Assembly: GCA_944393665.1 (NCBI GenBank)
Contig: CALYAX010000006.1
Span: 11,780 to 75,779, forward strand
Source of the DNA: an uncultured Alphaproteobacteria bacterium
GTDB lineage: Bacteria; Pseudomonadota; Alphaproteobacteria; RF32; CAG-239
Length of the DNA stretch: 64,000 nucleotides
Reading direction: 5' to 3'
Shown: positions 58,404 through 64,000 of the stretch, piece after piece
How positions within the stretch are numbered: position 1 is the first letter of the stretch
How the letters are laid out: every line of letters starts with the position of its first letter
Notes under the pieces: model-generated
Seen by the model: only the letters and a program-made list of their open reading frames with translations
What the model was told of the DNA's origin: nothing
The model's database searches: none
Program-made: the position numbers and the translations under genes

Positions 58404-60206
58404 CTAACATCCCCAGAAATTACAAACATATGAAGCGCCGATATTATATTCGTTCATCATACTCCGGTAATCTGTGCCGGACATATAACAGTTTTGTTCC
58501 AGTAAGGTTGCCAAAGCAACCAAATCCCCCTCGTCGCTCTCGCAATTGTTTCGGATATAACTGGCGGGACATTTGTTAACATATTGGCTGACAAAGTTAT
58601 TATACAATGTTCTAAACTCGTTTTCATAAACCGCGCAATCTTCTGTCTTACAACAGGTGAAGGTTCTTTCGCAGCCGTCATCCTGGACAATAAGCTTACC
58701 GATTTCATATCCTGAATTACCGCAAGACTCTCCGTTATCGGGATAATAGCCGGAAACTTCGGTCCAGCCGAGATCTTCATTCAAATCAAGGCATTTACGG
58801 GAATAAGTTATGCCGCAGCTGCTGAAACTTTCTTCAACATAACTGCTGTTTGAGGCATAACAGGAGCCGCTTCCGGTTCCGGTGGTCCCGGTCGGGGTGA
58901 TTGAAACCGAAGGTTCCGGCACATAAGTTATTTTTGCGGGGACAAAACTTAACCCAGTTTGCGAAGCGTCTACTTCCGTAACATAGTAACCATAATTGCA
59001 TGAAGGATAATCAGCATTCCAGCCGTTGAAATCAAATCCGCAGCCATAGGGCATTTTGCAGCAGCGGGAATAAGTCACATTGCATTTATCTGTCTGGGAT
59101 TGTTTGGCCAGATAAACTTCCTCTAAGCCTAAATCTGAGCAGGTAACTGAAATTCCCCACCCCTGGGAAGCATCGGGACTGACACAATCTTTACATTCGT
59201 AGCAGGGATCTTCACCGGAATAATAACCATTTGCTACGGCTGTCTGGTTTTGAAGGCAGCTGGTACTCCCCGCCGTGCAGGGGATGACTTCGCATTTGTA
59301 ACAGGGCGTGGCTCCCGACTGTCCGGATTGCAAACGTTTGTATCCGGCACCGCAGGTTTTGCCCGCTTCATACCCGCCGGGACAGCTGTCGGCGACACAG
59401 CTGAGTTCGTCGGAACTTAAATGATATCCGGTGTCGCATTTGGCCTTACAGCCGACGGAACATTTGGAGGAACAATCGGCATAAGTCTTGCCCTGGGCAC
59501 AGCCGTTGGCACAAGACGAAGCTGCAGGCTTAGAGCTGTAATTCCGGCAGTTGTCAGGATAGGCTTTTTCACATTTACTTTTACAATCGTCGAAATACTT
59601 TTCGCAGCCATAGGGCGCTGATACCGCCGTGTGGCTGTGACAGTTATCCGGGTAGGCCTCTTTGCATTTTTCGGGGCAATCATCATAATATTCTTTGCAG
59701 CCGAAAGCTCCTTCGTCTACGCCGTTATACAAGCGGCAATTATCAGGATAAGCCTTCTCACATTTGGAAGCGCAGTCGCTGAAATATTTTTCGCAGCCAT
59801 AAGGGGCGTCCACGGCGGTACGGGCATCACAGGGATTGACACATCCCTTGCAGATGTCGGAAGAACTGGCGGGAACAAACCCGGATTTGCAGGAACAGGA
59901 TTTATAACAGGTTTTGCCGTCGACGGTAAAGTCGTCGGAACAGGTCATATTGGCGGGGATACCGAGACAACCGCCATACACCGAACAAGTAAGGTCGTGG
60001 CGGTCGCCGGAACCGGCGGGAGCAGTATCGGTGCGAGCGCTTATTCCGGCCTGCCAGTCTGGGAGGAACCAGGTTGCGGCGAGTTGGAAAGACTGTTCCG
60101 GAACAGCAAAGGCGGTGTGATGTGTGTATGTATTATACGGAGAGGCAGCAAGAGCAGGCAAAGTGCTTGCGATAAACAAACCCAGGGCTAAAAAGACTGT
60201 TCTCAT
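58404..60206 (-). CDS. Large Cys-rich exported protein with YGCEKY..DC..KCEKAYPDNC repeats
   Basis: Signal peptide, AATWFLPDW motif, three ~30-aa repeats. Confidence 0.82.
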   Translation of the reverse strand: MRTVFLALGLFIASTLPALAASPYNTYTHHTAFAVPEQSFQLAATWFLPDWQAGISARTDTAPAGSGDRHDLTCSVYGGCLGIPANMTCSDDFTVDGKTCYKSCSCKSGFVPASSSDICKGCVNPCDARTAVDAPYGCEKYFSDCASKCEKAYPDNCRLYNGVDEGAFGCKEYYDDCPEKCKEAYPDNCHSHTAVSAPYGCEKYFDDCKSKCEKAYPDNCRNYSSKPAASSCANGCAQGKTYADCSSKCSVGCKAKCDTGYHLSSDELSCVADSCPGGYEAGKTCGAGYKRLQSGQSGATPCYKCEVIPCTAGSTSCLQNQTAVANGYYSGEDPCYECKDCVSPDASQGWGISVTCSDLGLEEVYLAKQSQTDKCNVTYSRCCKMPYGCGFDFNGWNADYPSCNYGYYVTEVDASQTGLSFVPAKITYVPEPSVSITPTGTTGTGSGSCYASNSSYVEESFSSCGITYSRKCLDLNEDLGWTEVSGYYPDNGESCGNSGYEIGKLIVQDDGCERTFTCCKTEDCAVYENEFRTLYNNFVSQYVNKCPASYIRNNCESDEGDLVALATLLEQNCYMSGTDYRSMMNEYNIGASYVCNFWGC

Positions 60207-60362
60207 GACCGTTCTCCAATAATTGCTGTTCCGGAACTTCTTCCAGATTACATTAATTATTAAAGATAGTCAACAATTAGTTTAAGTGGGTAGACGAAAT
60301 CTTCATACATGACACCGCTGTATTTTTTAAGAATCTGAGATTTTCAGTTAATAAGCAGATTT

Positions 60363-62834
60363 TTACTTACAGCACCGGTACTTGTTTTTCATCGTGTCAA
60401 AATACCAATTTCCTTTGCTGGAATTATCCCAGTCACATTCCCAGTAATTATTATCATCCGAGTTACTGGTGCCAAATCCGGGATTAATAATACAGGAATT
60501 TTTAGTGGCCCGGGTATTCCGTCCGCCGGTTGTCCCTTTTGTAATAGTTCCCCGATAGTTAATCTGAGCAACACTTCCGCCGGAAGGAACGCCATAGTAA
60601 CAAATTTGTGTCCGCCAGCCATCGGTATTTTGATAGCACATATCCATATACTGGACTTGCAGATAAGACCCGTAATTCATTCTTATTTTTGCCGACTGGT
60701 TCATTTTCAAACTATAAACATCCAGACGAGCGTTTTGGTACAGGAACAGGTTGGCCGGAACCTTATTGGTGGAACTATAATCATTCAAAACCAAAGCGTT
60801 AACATTAGCATTGGAAATAATATGCAAGGCTCCCCATGGTTTGACATAAACAGTATTTACCCCGCTGCTGTATAACCTTGCGATTCCGCCGTCAATTGTC
60901 AGTTTAGGAGTTGTCACATTGTTGAGATAGGCTTCACCATTGCTATTTGCCGTTTCACCGCCGCCGGAAAAATTGACGGAAACCGAATCGCTCACAGTCG
61001 TGTTACTCAATGATATATATCCGTCTGCGGCAACTTTATTAAGCGTGGCCCCGCTGCCATAAAACTTGGCATCGGTGTAAACGGCAACAGTTCCTCCGGT
61101 ATGCTTTACGCCGCTGCCAAATGTCAGGCTGCCCCGTCTGACAATCACCTCGCCCTTATATTCACCTGCCTGAATTGAATTGGAAGTACCGGAATTATCC
61201 AAAGTTCCAAAGTCGATATTTCCGCTGGTGGTTAATTTGGCTGTTGTCCAAACTGCCAAGAGTTTTGCCTTGTGAACCGGCGTTCCGGAGGCCGGCCCTT
61301 TTACAGTCATTTTAGCACCGTCACGAATGTTATACTGCAACCCGTTATTGGTTCCAAAATCTGCGTTTAAGCCGAGTGTTACATTTCCCGGGCTGTTAAT
61401 TTCAACGGTTCCGCTGCCGGAACTCAGAAATTTGACATTATCCCACACCACAGTGGCGTCAATATAATAGCTTGCACTGCCGGCTAATTTAACATTTACG
61501 CCATCCAGACTTTTGTTTAATATCCATTCTGCCGATTCAAATCCGGTTGAGGTTGCCGTTAAGGTCGGAACCGGCAGCGCCGCGCATTTTGAAAACTGCG
61601 CCAGTTTGGAAGGACCGTAGACATAACGATAATCTTTAACCGTTTCAGCAATACCGGGATTTTTAAACGGCATGGCTCCGTCGGCAATGACATAAGCCGT
61701 GTTTGGTGCACTTTTGCTGTAAATAACCCCGTTGGCATCCTGAGCATAATTACCCGAACTCATAATTTGAGATAAGCAGGTTTCATTATTGACGCAAACT
61801 CCGTTTTTACAGGTTTCATTGGGCTGGCAGCCGCCGCAGCATTCAGAAACGGCGATACAGGAACCGTTGCAGGTTTTGAGGCCTTTATCTTCACAGGTTT
61901 GGGCAATGCAGATGTTGTCAAAGCATTTCATGCCGCTGGCACAGTCCCCGCTCACACAGCAGGCTGTTTTTGCAATGCACTTACCTTCGCAGTTTTTCTG
62001 CCCCATTTCCTCGCAGGTTTTATCGATACAAGAACCTGAAGAACATTTTTTGCCGCTGCCGCAATCAGTGTCCGTACAGCAGGCGGAAGCCGCGATACAA
62101 GAACCGTTACAGGTCTTCTGCCCCATCTCCTCGCAGGTTTTATCGATACAAGAACCTGAAGAACATTTTTTGCCGCTGCCGCAATCAGTGTCCGTACAGC
62201 AGGCGGAAGCCGCGATACAAGAACCGTTACAGGTCTTCTGCCCCATCTCCTCGCAGGTTTTGTTGATACAGGAACCCGAAGAACATTTTTTGCCGCTGCC
62301 GCAATCGGTGTCCGTACAGCAGGCGGAGGTTGCGATACAACCGCTCCCGCAAGTTTTGAGACCGCGTTCTTCGCAAGTCAGGCTGCGGCAGTCGGTATAC
62401 TTGCCGTCACAAACCGAGCCGGAAGGTTTCTTGTCGCCGGAACAATTGGAAGACGTGTATTTGTAACTGTCGGGGCAAACACATTCGACCGGACAGAAGA
62501 GGTCCCCGGCAGCCCGGACCTCTATACCGCCCAGAATATGGGGAGAATTACATTTGGGAGAATATTTCTCGCAGCCGAGAGGAATATCCCCTCCGCCGGT
62601 GTCAACATCAGTACGGTGATTGGTATCGATATTACTCTTAAGATAATCCGGAAGCCAGTAAATTCCGGCGAGCTGGTAAGGTGCACCGGTTTCAGCAACT
62701 GCCGTGTTGGGGGAAACGTCAAGTTCCGAAGCAGCCAGGGCGGCATGATGTGTGTATGCATTATGTGGAGAAGCGGCGTGAGCAGGCAAAGCGCTTGCGA
62801 TTAGCAAACTCAGGGCTAAAAAGACTGTTTTCAT
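60363..62834 (-). CDS. Large Cys-rich exported protein with 40-aa repeats and beta-helix-like C-terminal half
   Basis: Signal peptide, AGIYWLPDY motif, tandem CEEMGQKTCNGSCI.. repeats, Gly/Asn/Thr/Val-rich distal region. Confidence 0.82.
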   Translation of the reverse strand: MKTVFLALSLLIASALPAHAASPHNAYTHHAALAASELDVSPNTAVAETGAPYQLAGIYWLPDYLKSNIDTNHRTDVDTGGGDIPLGCEKYSPKCNSPHILGGIEVRAAGDLFCPVECVCPDSYKYTSSNCSGDKKPSGSVCDGKYTDCRSLTCEERGLKTCGSGCIATSACCTDTDCGSGKKCSSGSCINKTCEEMGQKTCNGSCIAASACCTDTDCGSGKKCSSGSCIDKTCEEMGQKTCNGSCIAASACCTDTDCGSGKKCSSGSCIDKTCEEMGQKNCEGKCIAKTACCVSGDCASGMKCFDNICIAQTCEDKGLKTCNGSCIAVSECCGGCQPNETCKNGVCVNNETCLSQIMSSGNYAQDANGVIYSKSAPNTAYVIADGAMPFKNPGIAETVKDYRYVYGPSKLAQFSKCAALPVPTLTATSTGFESAEWILNKSLDGVNVKLAGSASYYIDATVVWDNVKFLSSGSGTVEINSPGNVTLGLNADFGTNNGLQYNIRDGAKMTVKGPASGTPVHKAKLLAVWTTAKLTTSGNIDFGTLDNSGTSNSIQAGEYKGEVIVRRGSLTFGSGVKHTGGTVAVYTDAKFYGSGATLNKVAADGYISLSNTTVSDSVSVNFSGGGETANSNGEAYLNNVTTPKLTIDGGIARLYSSGVNTVYVKPWGALHIISNANVNALVLNDYSSTNKVPANLFLYQNARLDVYSLKMNQSAKIRMNYGSYLQVQYMDMCYQNTDGWRTQICYYGVPSGGSVAQINYRGTITKGTTGGRNTRATKNSCIINPGFGTSNSDDNNYWECDWDNSSKGNWYFDTMKNKYRCCK
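61985..62345. repeat. 120-bp intragenic tandem repeat (~3 copies)
   Basis: 62001-62120 and 62121-62240 nearly identical; third copy slightly diverged. Confidence 0.9.
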
Positions 62835-63005
62835 GACCGTTCTCCAATAATTGCTGTTCCGGAACTGATTTTAGAATAACACAAATTAAAAAGATGGTCA
62901 ATAATTTGTTTAAGGGGTTGGACAGAAGATTTATTTCAAAAAATGGCACGCAATTTGCATATATTTTTTTAAGTTTAACTTTGACAATTTGAAGGCTCTG
63001 ACAGC

Positions 63006-64000
63006 ATGATGTATCATAAGTCCTTACAAACCGCCGCTTTGGCACTCGTTTTCAGCTTTATCTGCCTGTTTCCCAACGGGGCGGCAGCCAGCTCGCGCAT
63101 AAAAGATATTGCCGATTTTGAAGGCGTTCGTGACAACCAATTGGTCGGATACGGCCTGGTGGTCGGTTTAAACGGTACCGGTGATAATATCAAATCGGTT
63201 GATTTTACTAAAGAAAGCCTGATTTCCATGCTGGATCAGATCGGGATTAACGCCCGCGGCGGACAGATTAAGGCAAAAAATATTGCCTCGGTTATGGTAA
63301 CGGCCAATCTGCCGGCTTTTGCCCGTCAAGGCAGCCGGATTGACGTGATGGTCAGCGCCTTGGGCGATGCCAAAAACCTGCAGGGCGGCACTCTGCTTGC
63401 AACCCCTCTGGTGGGCGCCAACGGCGAGGTTTATGCCGTTGCGCAGGGGCAGATTGCGGTTTCCGGCGTCACGGCCAAAGGGGCAACCCAGTCGATTGTG
63501 AAGGGAGTTCCGACAGCCGGGCGGATTTCCAGCGGTGCAATTATTGAAAATGAAATTCCTTTTGAACTGGACAGCCTGAAGACAATTCAGCTGGCGCTGC
63601 GCAACCCCGATTTTACCACCTCGCGCCGGATTGCCGATGCGATTAATGCCATGCTCGGCACCCCTTCGGCCCAGGCCCTGGACCCAGGCACGGTTTCTCT
63701 GACTATTCCCTGGAAATACCGCGGCAAAGTCGTGGATTTAATGACTAAAGTCGAACAACTGCAGGTTCAGCCCGATTTGCTGGCCAAAGTCGTCATTGAC
63801 GAAAGCTCGGGTATTGTGGTGATCGGCAAAGATGTAAAGATTAACCGACTGGCAATTGCCCAGGGCAATCTGACAATCCGTATCACCGATGTACCGATGG
63901 TTTCGCAGCCGCTGCCGTTTACCGGCGGAGAAACGGTCGTCACCTCGGTATCGGCTGTTAATATTAATGAGGGCGTCGATGCCAAGCTGAGTGTGCTGAA
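63006..64000 (+). CDS. flgI: Flagellar P-ring protein FlgI (runs off window)
   Basis: Manual translation: signal peptide, then SRIKDIADFEGVRDNQLVGYGLVVGLNGTGD. Confidence 0.95.
   Translation, partial: MMYHKSLQTAALALVFSFICLFPNGAAASSRIKDIADFEGVRDNQLVGYGLVVGLNGTGDNIKSVDFTKESLISMLDQIGINARGGQIKAKNIASVMVTANLPAFARQGSRIDVMVSALGDAKNLQGGTLLATPLVGANGEVYAVAQGQIAVSGVTAKGATQSIVKGVPTAGRISSGAIIENEIPFELDSLKTIQLALRNPDFTTSRRIADAINAMLGTPSAQALDPGTVSLTIPWKYRGKVVDLMTKVEQLQVQPDLLAKVVIDESSGIVVIGKDVKINRLAIAQGNLTIRITDVPMVSQPLPFTGGETVVTSVSAVNINEGVDAKLSVL

Overview
Chromosomal window from an alphaproteobacterium, probably an uncultured Rhodospirillales-like lineage (ctrA/chpT, GTTC-N7-GTTC LexA box, hpnCDE, many Cys-rich secreted proteins). 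Core genes (rimM-rpsP-ffh, purN, sodB, fliJ-fliI-ctrA, cheR-cheY-chpT, trmFO-hpnCDE, ackA, murE, flgI) flank an AT-rich accretion at tRNA-Glu(CTC). The first part is a ~12.5 kb integrative element (5034-17552). Its large serine recombinase gene is cut by its own att site, and it also carries an HUH Rep-like gene, a resolvase and defence-like genes. Directly behind it are three recombinase-less mini-cassettes of 0.75-1.25 kb (kinase+GNAT; AAC(6')-like; SAM methyltransferase). Each cassette is bounded by the same ~140-bp module: att-like arm, tRNA CCA tail, terminator and 52-bp inverted repeat. This integron-like, tRNA-tail cassette array is the main candidate novel system. Other highlights: three long, highly base-paired non-coding regions upstream of paralogous XRE genes; a family of Cys-rich exported proteins sharing promoter, UTR and N-terminal motif; a LexA-boxed small ORF; and a chemotaxis cluster lacking cheA/cheW/cheB. 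All calls come from reading the sequence; no database searches were run.
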